Below are positions 41,558 through 52,349 of a DNA stretch of 64,000 nt, piece by piece (position 1 is the stretch's first letter; every line of letters begins with the position of its first letter). Source of the DNA: Bacillota bacterium (GTDB lineage Bacteria > Bacillota > Limnochordia > Darwinibacteriales > Darwinibacteriaceae); NCBI GenBank assembly GCA_012837925.1, contig DUQE01000049.1, positions 13,997 to 77,996 of the forward strand, read 5' to 3'. The notes beneath the pieces are model-generated. The model ran no database searches. It had not been told where the DNA came from and saw only the letters and a list, made by a program, of their open reading frames with translations. The position numbers and the translations under genes were made by a program.

Positions 41558-44500
41558 TCCTCCTCGGCCCATTCCATGTCAATACCTGTATTCTCCCCAA
41601 AGGATGCTGGATTACCATTCGATGTTTTGCAGTAGGATTGCTGCGTGCACAAAGAGCAATCAGCCATGATGGGAAAAGCCTCAACTCCTACCTCTGTTCC
41701 TTGGATGATGGTTGCACAAGTCTGCATCAACCACCGTTCGGTCGCATCGGCGTCAAGCAACGAGGTGTCCAGACCGTAAAGTCGATTGGGGATTAAGAAG
41801 TACGCTTGGGCACTTAGAACCGGAAGGCCAAACTCTCGTGCCATAGCCCACGCATAAAGACGCAGCTGCACATCATAGCTGGCTCCAACCTCGGCAAGTT
41901 GCTCTTTTCGAATCCAGTTCGACTTAAAGTCTACGATTTCAACGCCCTCTGCACGGACAAAGACCTGATCCACAAGTCCGTTCACGACAAAATCTCCAGC
42001 TGGTATAACGAAATCATGTTCCTGGTACACTCGGTCCTGCTTGGATTCCGCCTGCACGCGCCGGAAGAACGCACTTTCCAGGTAAGGAGTGATGATTTCC
42101 TCCAACTGCGCTTTTTGGCGGTGGTCAAGTTCGACCCCCTCCATGGTGGCTGCATAGTCGATCAGTTCAGAGAGATTAGCCGCATCACGAATTTGCTCAC
42201 ACACCCGGTGTACAATGTTTCCTCTTTGGGTGCCGCTCAAAGTGCTGCCTTCGTCCGCCCCTGTGCCATCGATTCTCTTGACTTTCTTGCGCTCAGGCAA
42301 GCCAAGAATATAGCGTAAATAGTAGTAGCGAGGACAACGCGCATAGTTCATCAGGGACGTCACGGAAAAGGACACTTGATTGTACTGCGGTTGCAGGGGA
42401 GCATAGGTAGGGAAGCTCGGCTGCAAAACGTCGGTCTGAGGTCGCTCCTCCTCGAGGGGAGACAGCGTTCCTGGCACTTCTTCATACAAATGGCCAGGAA
42501 TCTCTTGCAGAACGTCCTGGAGCCACGTCCACCAGCTTTCCCTGCTAAGCTTGCCATCACGGGCACAAAAGTAAAACTTCTCCTCGGCTCGGGTCATAGC
42601 CACATAAAGCAGACGTTTAGCTTCACTGAGCTCTTCCTGTTTCTCCCGTTCTTTCAAGACCTCGTGGTTTCTCATACCCTTATATGTCAAGCCAAAGTCG
42701 GGATGGTACAAGACCTTTCCGGTTTTTGCCCGAAATAAGCCCGCATTGGTGTCCGCTAAAAACACGACAGGAAACTCCAGGCCCTTCGACCCATGAATCG
42801 TACGTAAGACAACCACGTCGGCGTGCTCCGCGTCAAGGAGTGCCTCTCCTTCCTTTTGCCCGTCGTGCACCATGAGACGCAAAAACCTAGCCTGCTCAGG
42901 GAGGGTGTAGACATCCCTGGCAAAGAGATCCCAACTCTGCTCCAAGAGCTTTTCGATATTCGCTACCTTTTGAGGCCCAAAGGGTAAGCGCCAGGTCTTT
43001 ACTACATAGTCCGTCCTCTCCAGCAAGGCGGAGATCACCTCAGGAGCCGGTCTGTACTTCGCCTGCGCAACGAGGACAAGATAGTCTTCTTGCGACGTTT
43101 GATAAGCCTCTTGCTCTCTTTGGGTTAGCTGATCAAGGCGGTCTTGGCGAATCCAGTACAATCCTTCGTCTGAGATCAAGTAAAAGGGAGATCGCAAGAC
43201 AGCGAGCTTCGCCACCTCATCCTCAGGATCTTCAAGCCAACGGAAATAATGCAGTACATCTTGAATCTCCTGTTTGGTATAGAAACCCCGGCCTCCTAAG
43301 TTGACGTAAGGGACGCCCGCTTCTTTCAGTGCTCGTTCATAGATGTGAACATTGGTCATAGCCCGAAACAAAATGGAGATCTGCTCGTAGCGGTACCCTC
43401 CCTGATCGACCAAGTCTCGGATTTTCAGAGCAATCTGCTGGGCCTCGGCGGCCCTGGCCTCATTGGACAGTAGATCGTCTGCGGGCGTACGCAAGATGGT
43501 TACACAGGGCTGACCTGCATCTTCTCTCGCTGCCGCACTCTCTTCAAATCCAATGGACTCACCGGAGAGGAGTTTCCGGAAGAAGGCATTAACAAAGTCA
43601 ATCAACTCGGGGCGCGAACGGAAGTTCTCTTCGAGAAATACATTGGTGCCGACCTCTTCGATTTCATCCTTCGTCTGCACAAAGACCTCTACATCTGCCC
43701 CTCGAAAACGGTAGATAGACTGCTTGGGATCGCCCACCACAAAGAGCTTGGCCCCCTGGCTTACCAGCGCATCGACAATTTTCTTCTGCAAGGGGTTCGT
43801 ATCCTGAAACTCATCGACCATAAGGTGTCTAAAGGGATAATCGGCACGGACAGTATCATCCTGCAGAAGTGAATACGTCAACTGTTCTAAATCATTGTAG
43901 TCGAGGATGCCAAAGAGCCGTTTTTTCTGGTCATAACGCTCGTGGACCTGCTCTAAAACCTCACCCAGGTAAGCGACTACGACCTGCCCTTGTGCTTCTA
44001 AGATGTTCTGCCGAGCCTCTTCAATCAACGCTTTGAGGTGGCTGGTCTGCTCCGCCAACTTGCCGCGGATACCCTTCACTAACTTCAACAAGACATCAAG
44101 AGCCTCAAGGCGAAGCTCATCATCGGGAAAAGCGAGTAACTCGGCCAAACCCCGCCATTGATCCTGCAAGTCGCCAAGAACCTGTGCTTGCTTCTCCGTC
44201 GTAGGTTGCAGAGCAAGTACATTCCGAACAGCGTCATAGAGTTGCTCCAAGGGGAACTCTTCCTCTACTGGCTCCAATGGGCGACGAAAATCCAAGTCCC
44301 CCTTGCTTAACATGGTTTCATACAGTGCCAGGACGATCTCTGCTGTTTCCCCAGCAGTCTCCAGCGTATCAGGGGGATCGGATTCCTCGATAACCTCCGC
44401 GATAGTCTCGGTAAGCAGGACCTTCGTTTCCCACTCTTCGCCCACACGAAAGCGCGGATCAATCTTGGCCTGCAAAGGATGTTCCTGAATGATCCGCTGG

Positions 44501-44772
44501 CAGAGACTATGAATGGTGGAGATCTGTGCCTGTTCAAGGCTTTCGATCAAGTCTGGGCGCATATTGCGGAGGCGATCTTTCATCTCCTGTGCAGCCTTTT
44601 TGGTAAACGTAATGGCAGCAATCTCATCTACGGAGACGCCGATTTCCAGAAGATGGAGGTAACGTTCCACGAGCACCCTAGTCTTTCCCGAACCGGCCCC
44701 CGCCGTTACCGCAAGCGGCTGATCTGTTGTGGTGATAGCTTTCCATTGACTTGGTGTTGGGTCAAAGGACAT
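41548..44772 (-). CDS. addA: ATP-dependent helicase/nuclease AddA
   Basis: UvrD-like helicase motifs (GAGSGKTRVLVERY; DEFQDTN) and a C-terminal PD-(D/E)xK nuclease. ATG 44772 shares TAATG with the addB stop. Confidence 0.9.
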   Translation of the reverse strand: MSFDPTPSQWKAITTTDQPLAVTAGAGSGKTRVLVERYLHLLEIGVSVDEIAAITFTKKAAQEMKDRLRNMRPDLIESLEQAQISTIHSLCQRIIQEHPLQAKIDPRFRVGEEWETKVLLTETIAEVIEESDPPDTLETAGETAEIVLALYETMLSKGDLDFRRPLEPVEEEFPLEQLYDAVRNVLALQPTTEKQAQVLGDLQDQWRGLAELLAFPDDELRLEALDVLLKLVKGIRGKLAEQTSHLKALIEEARQNILEAQGQVVVAYLGEVLEQVHERYDQKKRLFGILDYNDLEQLTYSLLQDDTVRADYPFRHLMVDEFQDTNPLQKKIVDALVSQGAKLFVVGDPKQSIYRFRGADVEVFVQTKDEIEEVGTNVFLEENFRSRPELIDFVNAFFRKLLSGESIGFEESAAAREDAGQPCVTILRTPADDLLSNEARAAEAQQIALKIRDLVDQGGYRYEQISILFRAMTNVHIYERALKEAGVPYVNLGGRGFYTKQEIQDVLHYFRWLEDPEDEVAKLAVLRSPFYLISDEGLYWIRQDRLDQLTQREQEAYQTSQEDYLVLVAQAKYRPAPEVISALLERTDYVVKTWRLPFGPQKVANIEKLLEQSWDLFARDVYTLPEQARFLRLMVHDGQKEGEALLDAEHADVVVLRTIHGSKGLEFPVVFLADTNAGLFRAKTGKVLYHPDFGLTYKGMRNHEVLKEREKQEELSEAKRLLYVAMTRAEEKFYFCARDGKLSRESWWTWLQDVLQEIPGHLYEEVPGTLSPLEEERPQTDVLQPSFPTYAPLQPQYNQVSFSVTSLMNYARCPRYYYLRYILGLPERKKVKRIDGTGADEGSTLSGTQRGNIVHRVCEQIRDAANLSELIDYAATMEGVELDHRQKAQLEEIITPYLESAFFRRVQAESKQDRVYQEHDFVIPAGDFVVNGLVDQVFVRAEGVEIVDFKSNWIRKEQLAEVGASYDVQLRLYAWAMAREFGLPVLSAQAYFLIPNRLYGLDTSLLDADATERWLMQTCATIIQGTEVGVEAFPIMADCSLCTQQSYCKTSNGNPASFGENTGIDMEWAEEEWL

Positions 44773-47216
44773 TAGAATCCCGCCTCCTTCCGGCAGATGC
44801 CCTGAAAGGCGCAAAAGCTGCATATTCTTGGACTAGCTGGTTCGATGGGAAAACGACCTTCGAGGATGCTTCGAATGTAGCCCTGCAGAATCTCGGCAAA
44901 TTTGTGGTTCTGCGCAGCGAACTCCTGCTCATTGAGGACGTTTTTCCCTTTGGTGACACCGAGCGCTCTGTAGTAATTCTCGTGGAAAATGCCCTTCCTA
45001 CTTCGATCGCTGATGAGGTAATAGGCGGCCCCCACGTTTCTTCCTTGAGGCAGAATGTTCTGGGCAGCCAGGAGATAAGTGGCAATCTGCACGTCTTTCC
45101 CCTCTACCATGGCGTTGATCTGGGGCGCTGTTCCAGTCTTATAGTCATAAAGAATGTACGCGCCATCTGGGTTACGATCAATTCGGTCGATACGACCCCG
45201 AACAGACACCACCCCAGCAGGTGTGTCTATGACGAGACCTTGAAACCACTTTTCCAGGTACTTCGGTCGAAACCCGCCTTGGGCCCACTGGAGATCCGAC
45301 CGGATAAAGTCACGCATGCTGCGAACAAGGCGTGGCGAAGGATGTGCCCCCATGGCGGAGTATTCTCTGTGGAGTAAACCTTCAATCTGTGCCTGTCCAT
45401 CCTCAATGCTGGGCAGAGGTCCCTCTAAGTAGCCTTCCCAAAACGTTTGTAGCACTCCGTGCACGAGATTCCCGTGATCCCTGGCGTCAAGTTCCAACGA
45501 CACTTCTTCATCGGGCTGTAGCTGCAGGACATGTCCACAGAAGAATTGATAGGGACAGTTCGCATAGCGATTCAGCTGTGAGACAGACAGACCTTCCTCG
45601 AGAATGCGGCGCTGCAGCATCGTCAAGAGCTGGTCATCCCGCAAAAAGCCACGCCCAAAAAAGAGAGTGGGGTAATGGGTGAGCTCAGGCCGACTTGTTG
45701 TTTCCTCTTCCTCGACTTTGGGCAAAATGGTGGCCGGCAGATTCAATTTCCCTTCGCGGTCGACCTCGGGGTAATACAAGTACACCTTGCTGGCCCCATG
45801 CGAAAGGCGCTCGTACAATTCGTTACGACTCAAGAGAGACTTGGTCTTTGTCAACCAATGTACGCTGGTGCGAGGCGGAAACTGCCCTTCGACCAAACCT
45901 CCAACATGGAGTTCTTCATATGTGTATGCTCCAAGCTGTTCGGTACTGACAATCTGCACGCGCTCAGAGAAGACTCGCCGACCTCGAATCTGATAACTGT
46001 CCAAAAGGCTCTGTAAGAGTTGAACGAACTGTTCTGCCGTGATCAGCCAATCACATTTTTGGAGACTCGATGCGATGGCCTGCATGCCATCCCAAGCCTT
46101 AACCAACTCCGCCCAGTTGTCCAGATTCTCCTGGGGCCAGACCCAGTTCTCTGGTTGTAGTTGATTCAGGAGGTTTTCTAGCCACACACCATAATCCTGA
46201 AGGGGTTTTTCTACAAACCCCTTTACGAGATCGGTCAAGAGTTCTAAGACACTCTTCCAACCTGGCTCTTGACCAAGATAACTCTTCCACGCGGGAAGCC
46301 CCTTCAAAGGAGGGGCGAGACGCAAAAGACGGTGCTCGTCTGCGGTCAGGCCAAAGGGGAATCCCCATCCAGGGGCGGTTAGGAGCTCCAAATGATGCTT
46401 GTTCCATCCTTGCAGATCGGCCAAAAGGGTTGTGAGCACAGTCTTCCCCAAAGCGGTGTTGCGTAAACTCACCTCTGGAGCTCTCCAGGGGATTTTCAGC
46501 TTCTCAAAAACCGGGAGCAATATGGGCAAATACTGCGCCGGACTAGGAAAGGCCACCCCAAGAGTCTCCAGGGGCGTTCCCTCCTCAATTTGCTTACGCA
46601 GAGCCTGTCCAATCATCTCCACTTCTGCAACTGGATCGCTAGCTTTGCGCACTTCTATGACAGGCTCTTGCACTTTTGGCCAGACGATTTCGAGTCTGCG
46701 ACCCTCCGCCAAAACGTCTATGAGTTCTTGTTGCAGGGGGTTGGGTTCGATTCCTTGTAGTCGGATGACATCAACCTCAGCAAGTACCCTGCGCTGTTTG
46801 GCCAACTCCAGACTACGCTTCAGCTGTACGGGAGCAGTCATGATGCCATATTTAGACAGGATTTGCTGGTAGTGGTTGTGCAATAATCGCAGTTCTCCCT
46901 GTCCTTCGCCGGGCATGGAGGCAAAGATATCCTCGCCATAGTCTAGTTGCCGAAACAGCCACTTCAGCTCCTGGATAAAGCCTGGGTAGTGGGCAATGGG
47001 GCCAAAAAACTGTAGCACATCAGCATGATCGCGAACGGTCTGCCAAAGGGCTACCTCTTCGAGGATTTGATCTTCTTTATACGAAACAAGACCCTCTTTG
47101 AGGATCTGCGCGACGAGCCCCGGCAGAGTCATGACCAGGCAAGTACCACTTTCACCCGACAAAGTCCGCCTTAGATTCCGCACATACGCGTTGGGCACTA
47201 TGTATAAAACACGCAC
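44772..47216 (-). CDS. addB: AddB/RexB helicase-nuclease subunit B (no N-terminal Walker A)
   Basis: C-terminal RecB-type nuclease motif (GRIDRIDR...YILYDYKTG) and Fe-S cysteines (C...CPYQFFC...CSFCAFQGIC). The N-terminus lacks GxGKT. Confidence 0.85.
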   Translation of the reverse strand: MRVLYIVPNAYVRNLRRTLSGESGTCLVMTLPGLVAQILKEGLVSYKEDQILEEVALWQTVRDHADVLQFFGPIAHYPGFIQELKWLFRQLDYGEDIFASMPGEGQGELRLLHNHYQQILSKYGIMTAPVQLKRSLELAKQRRVLAEVDVIRLQGIEPNPLQQELIDVLAEGRRLEIVWPKVQEPVIEVRKASDPVAEVEMIGQALRKQIEEGTPLETLGVAFPSPAQYLPILLPVFEKLKIPWRAPEVSLRNTALGKTVLTTLLADLQGWNKHHLELLTAPGWGFPFGLTADEHRLLRLAPPLKGLPAWKSYLGQEPGWKSVLELLTDLVKGFVEKPLQDYGVWLENLLNQLQPENWVWPQENLDNWAELVKAWDGMQAIASSLQKCDWLITAEQFVQLLQSLLDSYQIRGRRVFSERVQIVSTEQLGAYTYEELHVGGLVEGQFPPRTSVHWLTKTKSLLSRNELYERLSHGASKVYLYYPEVDREGKLNLPATILPKVEEEETTSRPELTHYPTLFFGRGFLRDDQLLTMLQRRILEEGLSVSQLNRYANCPYQFFCGHVLQLQPDEEVSLELDARDHGNLVHGVLQTFWEGYLEGPLPSIEDGQAQIEGLLHREYSAMGAHPSPRLVRSMRDFIRSDLQWAQGGFRPKYLEKWFQGLVIDTPAGVVSVRGRIDRIDRNPDGAYILYDYKTGTAPQINAMVEGKDVQIATYLLAAQNILPQGRNVGAAYYLISDRSRKGIFHENYYRALGVTKGKNVLNEQEFAAQNHKFAEILQGYIRSILEGRFPIEPASPRICSFCAFQGICRKEAGF

Positions 47217-47228
47217 CGCTTAGCCCCC

Positions 47229-48059
47229 TTACAGTAAGAACTCCTCAATAACCTGTGCTACCCCGTCCTCGTCGTAACTTGGGGCGATTTTCTTGGCTTG
47301 TTCTTTAAGCAGCTGTGACCCATTGTCCATAGCAATGCCTAAACCAGCCCAAGCGATCATCTCAATATCATTAACATTATCACCAATGGCCACAACTTCT
47401 CCTTGTCCTACACCTAAACGTGCCGCCACTTCTGCAAGGCCTTGACCCTTGCTGCAGTTCGCAGGAATGATCTCAATCCCGCGCCAGACGTTGAGTTCCG
47501 TTTCAAACACCAGCGCGTTCATGGCTTCCGCATAATCGCGGGAGAGTAGCTCAAAGAGTGCTTCAATCTTGGGTACCCGATCAATCGTGGAAATGCGTAC
47601 GGGAGGAGCGACAAGGTCCACATGCTCCAGAAACTCCGCGCTTTCGATCAGGTACGAAGCTATGAGATCCTCTTCTTCGTCCCATGTACCGATGGGTGCA
47701 ACCACCCTCTCCCCTGCGCTTTCTCCGGTATAGACCACATAGTTGATGTCCAGAGAATCAAGCTTGTCCACAATATCCCGAGCAATCGCGAGCTCAATTC
47801 CCCGTTGGACTATCGTCTGTTGTGATGCGATATCGTAGATCACTGCACCATTGTGAATCACAACAGGCGCTGACAAACCGAGATCGTCGACAAAAGGCAG
47901 GGTCTTTGCTAATCTGCGACCCGTGGCCAACACTACGATGATTCCCCGTTCTTTGGCGCGCAAGATGGCCTCCTTCGTGCGGGGTGTCAGCTCGGATTTA
48001 CTATTTAAGAGCGTTCCATCTATATCTAAAGCTAAAAGTTTGTATCTCATACCATGCAC
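47229..48059 (-). CDS. Cof-type HAD-IIB phosphatase
   Basis: LLALDIDGTLL (motif I), VVLATGRR, cap domain, GDNVNDIEM (motif IV). Confidence 0.8.
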   Translation of the reverse strand: MHGMRYKLLALDIDGTLLNSKSELTPRTKEAILRAKERGIIVVLATGRRLAKTLPFVDDLGLSAPVVIHNGAVIYDIASQQTIVQRGIELAIARDIVDKLDSLDINYVVYTGESAGERVVAPIGTWDEEEDLIASYLIESAEFLEHVDLVAPPVRISTIDRVPKIEALFELLSRDYAEAMNALVFETELNVWRGIEIIPANCSKGQGLAEVAARLGVGQGEVVAIGDNVNDIEMIAWAGLGIAMDNGSQLLKEQAKKIAPSYDEDGVAQVIEEFLL

Positions 48060-48068
48060 CTCAAGTTC

Positions 48069-50312
48069 CTAGAGCCAAATCGAAACCTCATCCCGATCCA
48101 TGAGCTCAATGCATTCTCTCAACTTCGCATTTAAGTTAGGGTCTTCTGTTGTAGCATTCCGTACCTGCCTCAAGAGATCGATTCCCCTGCGGAAGGCAAA
48201 GACTAAGTCCCCTTCGTCAATCGTTGAAGCTTCCAAGAGTGTGGAAAAACTTTCGCCATTACTCCACCGATAGGCCAAGGCCGCCACATGATCGTTAAAC
48301 TGCACAGTGGAATACCCGAGCATGCCTTGTTCCAACTTGATTAGGGAGTGCCAGAGACGAAAGACAGGAGCAAGGTTCAATTTGTGCTTGATGCGGTACT
48401 CGTTCTTTCTCGGCTCATAACCCACAGCCACTAACGCCGCGTTCAGTTCTGCTGGAGAGTACGAATGGAACAAGCCTTCCATAAACATTTCGGTGATGAG
48501 CAGTTCATTGCCATGGATCTGGCTGGCCAAGATCCCCGCTGTGGTTAACTTCTCATCCTCTAAATAGCCTAGTGCCTCAAGAACGGCCTTTTTATCAGAA
48601 AACTCCTGGATGTACCTCTTGTGGGGATCGAGGGCCTCTTCGCGAACCATCAGCCTTTCATAGGCCGCAATCTTGCGCCGGAACTTCCTGTGTTCTCGCC
48701 TCACCGACGCCCGTTCGCGATCGGGATGCTCTCGATAAAAGGCACTATCCAGTCGTTGGACGATGGAACGAATGTCTCGTTTCAATGACTTCTTGGTCCG
48801 CTTGTTGTATGTAGTGGACAGCCGCCTCTCAAGATCATGCTTCTTGCGAATCTGTCTGGCCAGGCCACCTGGGCCCCGCAAATGCTGCTCATAGCGGGCT
48901 AGTTCATCACCGAGCATGTCAAGTTGCACCAGCACTCCCTGACGCTCCGCGGAAGCCTGGTAGGTGGCGAAATTCTGCCCCAAGATTCGATGAATGTCCG
49001 GCTCTTTATAGTTCTTCACCAAGTTCAAGATAGAGTTGTAGGTCAGGGCGAACTGGCTCTTCAGAGGCTCTACTTCGTCTTCCTTCATGCTGGGAAACTC
49101 ACTGCTGTCAAAGTAATTTAAATCGACAATAGTAAAGACAAAGCCCTCTTCGTCAATGCCCCGTCGCCCGGCTCGACCCGCCATCTGAAAATACTCTCGA
49201 TTGGAGATCGGTCGAAAGCTTACACCATCCCACTTTGTACTGGAGTCAAAGCACACCGTCTTGCAGGGGAAATTCAGCCCAACAGCAAACGTTTCCGTAC
49301 AATAGAGTACCGAGATCAAACGGTGTGTGAAGAGCTCTTCCACAATATCCTTGAGCACAGGCAGCATCCCCGCGTGGTGATAGGCAATACCCTTCAGGAG
49401 AAGTCTTCTCAAATGCGGCCAGCGCCCACTCTCGATGTTGGGATAACGTTCTAGGACTTCATCCATGATGGCTTGAACTTGAGCTTTTTGCGTTTTGTCA
49501 AGAAAGTCCTGTTCTTCCCCTAGTGCCAACGCGTTGGTTTCACACTTGCGCCGACTGAATGTGAAAAATAAGCAAGGTAGATAGTTCCCTTTAATGGCAT
49601 TCACTAGATCAAGATGCGTGGTAACGGCGACGTCAGGGCGTCCATCCATACTATCGCCAACCAGCTTACGATACTTCTTCTGCACGGCGTTCATCGTCGT
49701 AAAGCCCAGCGAACGCTCATAGAGGGAATGTCGAAGAGGGACTACACGTTCAAAGTGGGTCACCACTTCAACACTGGAGTTTTGCACCTCTTCAATCCAA
49801 CTGGCCAGTTCATCAACATTGGGGATGGTAGCGCTTAATCCGAGGAAACGCATCGAAGGAGGCATGAAAATAAGACTCTCTTCCCAAACGCTTCCCCGTT
49901 CAGGGTCATCAATATAGTGAATTTCATCGAAAATCACGTAGCGAACATCATGAACGCGCTCAGGATCTTCCTGCAACATGTTGCGGAAAATCTCGGTGGT
50001 CATGATCAAGATGGGGGCCTCGGGATTGACCACAACATCACCCGTCAGGATACCCATGGCTTCGGCACCTACGAGCGCCTTGAACTCACGGTACTTTTGA
50101 TTACTTAACGCCTTAATAGGAGCCGTATAGACCACACGTCCCCCTTCACGAAAGATCTTCTCAATAATATAGTCAGCGATCAGGGTTTTTCCCACACCGG
50201 TGGGGGCAGCCACTAAGACCGACTTATTCTGATCAATGAAATCCACCGCTTGTGCTTGAAATGGGTCTAAGGTAAAACCTCGATACATTCGAGTCGTTGC
50301 CTGCGTAGTCAA
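48069..50312 (-). CDS. Ski2/HelY-like DExH-box helicase with DSHCT-like C-terminal domain
   Basis: Walker A APTGVGKT, DEIH box, SAT, QMAGRAGRRG. TTG start with GGAGG RBS. Confidence 0.85.
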   Translation of the reverse strand: MTTQATTRMYRGFTLDPFQAQAVDFIDQNKSVLVAAPTGVGKTLIADYIIEKIFREGGRVVYTAPIKALSNQKYREFKALVGAEAMGILTGDVVVNPEAPILIMTTEIFRNMLQEDPERVHDVRYVIFDEIHYIDDPERGSVWEESLIFMPPSMRFLGLSATIPNVDELASWIEEVQNSSVEVVTHFERVVPLRHSLYERSLGFTTMNAVQKKYRKLVGDSMDGRPDVAVTTHLDLVNAIKGNYLPCLFFTFSRRKCETNALALGEEQDFLDKTQKAQVQAIMDEVLERYPNIESGRWPHLRRLLLKGIAYHHAGMLPVLKDIVEELFTHRLISVLYCTETFAVGLNFPCKTVCFDSSTKWDGVSFRPISNREYFQMAGRAGRRGIDEEGFVFTIVDLNYFDSSEFPSMKEDEVEPLKSQFALTYNSILNLVKNYKEPDIHRILGQNFATYQASAERQGVLVQLDMLGDELARYEQHLRGPGGLARQIRKKHDLERRLSTTYNKRTKKSLKRDIRSIVQRLDSAFYREHPDRERASVRREHRKFRRKIAAYERLMVREEALDPHKRYIQEFSDKKAVLEALGYLEDEKLTTAGILASQIHGNELLITEMFMEGLFHSYSPAELNAALVAVGYEPRKNEYRIKHKLNLAPVFRLWHSLIKLEQGMLGYSTVQFNDHVAALAYRWSNGESFSTLLEASTIDEGDLVFAFRRGIDLLRQVRNATTEDPNLNAKLRECIELMDRDEVSIWL

Positions 50313-50556
50313 GGGTAGCCTCCTTCTTGAAACACTTCGTGGAAGTAACGTTATAGGTTAAGTTCGCCTGCGGAGCAGTATCCCCTTTTCTTTAAGCTTT
50401 CCCCGCGGCAAGAGAAAAAGACGGGGTAAGCCTAGTTTTCTAGAACTCCACGAATCTTCCTGCACTGGGCGAGACATCTATGGTAGAATCAAGGTAAAAG
50501 CGCACCATCGCATGGATCTCACATCTGCACGGAATACTAACGTCGGGAGGTACGCC

Positions 50557-52017
50557 ATGCAAAACGATTTTGGCTTTCACTTTGACAACACCTACGCTAG
50601 GTTACCCGAGTCGTTTTTTTCCCTCCTCGATCCGACACCGGTTCCATCGCCTCGAGCAGTGCTCTTCAATGAGCCTTTGGCCAAGTTGCTTGGTTTGGAC
50701 AGTGAGGCTCTCCAGAGTGAACGAGGAATTGCGATCCTGGCTGGAAACGAGAACCCTCCGGGCGGCTTACCTCTGGCTCAGGCCTACGCGGGACACCAGT
50801 TTGGATATTTCACCATGCTAGGCGATGGCCGGGCGATCCTCATGGGAGAACAACTCACCCCGCAGGGTGAGCGTTATGACCTCCAATTGAAGGGTTGCGG
50901 ACGCACACCATACTCCCGTGGCGGTGACGGGAAGGCCACGTTGGGTCCCATGCTCAGAGAATACATTATCAGTGAGGCTATGGCCGCCCTTCGAATCCCA
51001 ACTACGCGAAGCCTCGCCGTGGTCACAACAGGAGAACGAGTGTATCGGGAGACATCGTTGCCTGGAGCTGTCCTAACCAGAGTTGCGCAAAGTCACTTGC
51101 GTGTTGGCACCTTCCAATACGTCGCGGGACGAAGGGTTGAAGGTGAACTCCGAATCCTGGCTGACTATGCCATACGGCGCCACTATCCAAGTGCAGAGCA
51201 AAAACCCAACAAGTATCTGGCTTTTTTCGGCGACGTTATCCGTGCCCAAGCCTCATTACTTGCCCAGTGGATGCTCGTGGGTTTCATTCACGGTGTGATG
51301 AACACGGACAATATGACCATTAGTGGTGAGACGATTGACTATGGACCTTGTGCCTTTATGGATGCTTTCGATCCTGCCACTGTGTTTAGTTCCATCGATC
51401 AACACGGCCGATATGCTTACAGTAACCAGCCCAAGATTGCTGCCTGGAATCTTGCTCGTTTCGCCGAGACCCTTCTTCCCCTGCTAGACGAGGATCAGGA
51501 AAAGGCGCGGGATATGGCCGAAGCAGAACTCAAGGACTTCTCCACGCAATACAACCAGCACTTTCTTGCCGGCATGCGCAATAAACTAGGTCTCTTGCAG
51601 GCCGACGATGACGATACGACACTCATTCGAGATCTCTTGCAGCTGATGCATGACCATCAGGCTGACTATGCGAATACCTTCCTCGATCTTACGTTCCAGA
51701 GGTTTGAGCAAAACGAGTTCTACCGCTCCGACGGCTTCAAGGCATGGAGATCACGGTGGGAGAAACGGCTGGAGCAAAATCCACAGAGCTGGGAGCAGAC
51801 ACAGGAGCACATGAAACAGCATAACCCTAGTGTGATTCCCCGCAACCACCGTGTTGAAGAGGCACTGCGCGCTGCTGTGCAAAAGGGCGATTATGAACCT
51901 TTACAGAAACTCTTGAGCGTTCTCGAAAAGCCATTTGCACACAGTCCTGAGCAAGAAGAGTTCGCAACGCCTCCCGAACCAACCGCCACTCCGTATCGAA
52001 CATTTTGCGGAACATAA
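50557..52017 (+). CDS. selO: Protein adenylyltransferase SelO (YdiU/UPF0061)
   Basis: SelO-family N-terminus and catalytic region ([23 protein letters not shown]). ATG 50557 with GGGAGG RBS. Confidence 0.9.
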   Translation: MQNDFGFHFDNTYARLPESFFSLLDPTPVPSPRAVLFNEPLAKLLGLDSEALQSERGIAILAGNENPPGGLPLAQAYAGHQFGYFTMLGDGRAILMGEQLTPQGERYDLQLKGCGRTPYSRGGDGKATLGPMLREYIISEAMAALRIPTTRSLAVVTTGERVYRETSLPGAVLTRVAQSHLRVGTFQYVAGRRVEGELRILADYAIRRHYPSAEQKPNKYLAFFGDVIRAQASLLAQWMLVGFIHGVMNTDNMTISGETIDYGPCAFMDAFDPATVFSSIDQHGRYAYSNQPKIAAWNLARFAETLLPLLDEDQEKARDMAEAELKDFSTQYNQHFLAGMRNKLGLLQADDDDTTLIRDLLQLMHDHQADYANTFLDLTFQRFEQNEFYRSDGFKAWRSRWEKRLEQNPQSWEQTQEHMKQHNPSVIPRNHRVEEALRAAVQKGDYEPLQKLLSVLEKPFAHSPEQEEFATPPEPTATPYRTFCGT

Positions 52018-52019
52018 CG

Positions 52020-52048
52020 TGGACATTGCTAAACATAAGGTGTATACT
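52020..52048 (+). promoter_or_regulatory. Candidate sigma-A promoter for the nfu-like gene
   Basis: TGGACA, 17 nt, TATACT. Confidence 0.4.
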
Positions 52049-52088
52049 AATGATTGTAAAGCAGAGAAAACGCCAAGGAGGTGTCGAA

Positions 52089-52313
52089 ATGAAAGACAAA
52101 GTTCAAGCGGTTTTAGATAGAATTCGTCCATCCCTTCAGGCCGACGGCGGAGATGTAGAACTTGTTGATGTCAGTGCAGACAATGTGGTTACCGTCAAAC
52201 TAACCGGTGCCTGTGTTGGATGTCCCATGTCTCAGTTGACATTAAAGGGTGGCATTGAGAGAATCCTCAAACACGAAATTCCAGAAGTTGTTTCTGTAGA
52301 AGCAGCCCAGTAA
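52089..52313 (+). CDS. NifU-like (Nfu-type) Fe-S cluster assembly domain protein
   Basis: 74 aa, VLDRIRPSLQADGGDVELVDV...GACVGCPMS CxxC motif. AAGGAGGTG RBS. Confidence 0.8.
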   Translation: MKDKVQAVLDRIRPSLQADGGDVELVDVSADNVVTVKLTGACVGCPMSQLTLKGGIERILKHEIPEVVSVEAAQ

Positions 52314-52349
52314 ACAAGCAAGAGGAGCCGAAGTGCTCCTCTTTTTCCT

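Noticed and set aside
50313-50460. Possible ncRNA/riboswitch in the 245-nt divergent intergenic region between the helicase gene and selO
   Set aside because: It contains only a weak CCCCG...CGGGG long-range stem and a plausible selO extended -10 promoter. There are no conserved riboswitch cores (T-box, ydaO, glmS, TPP and similar) and no tRNA-like structure.
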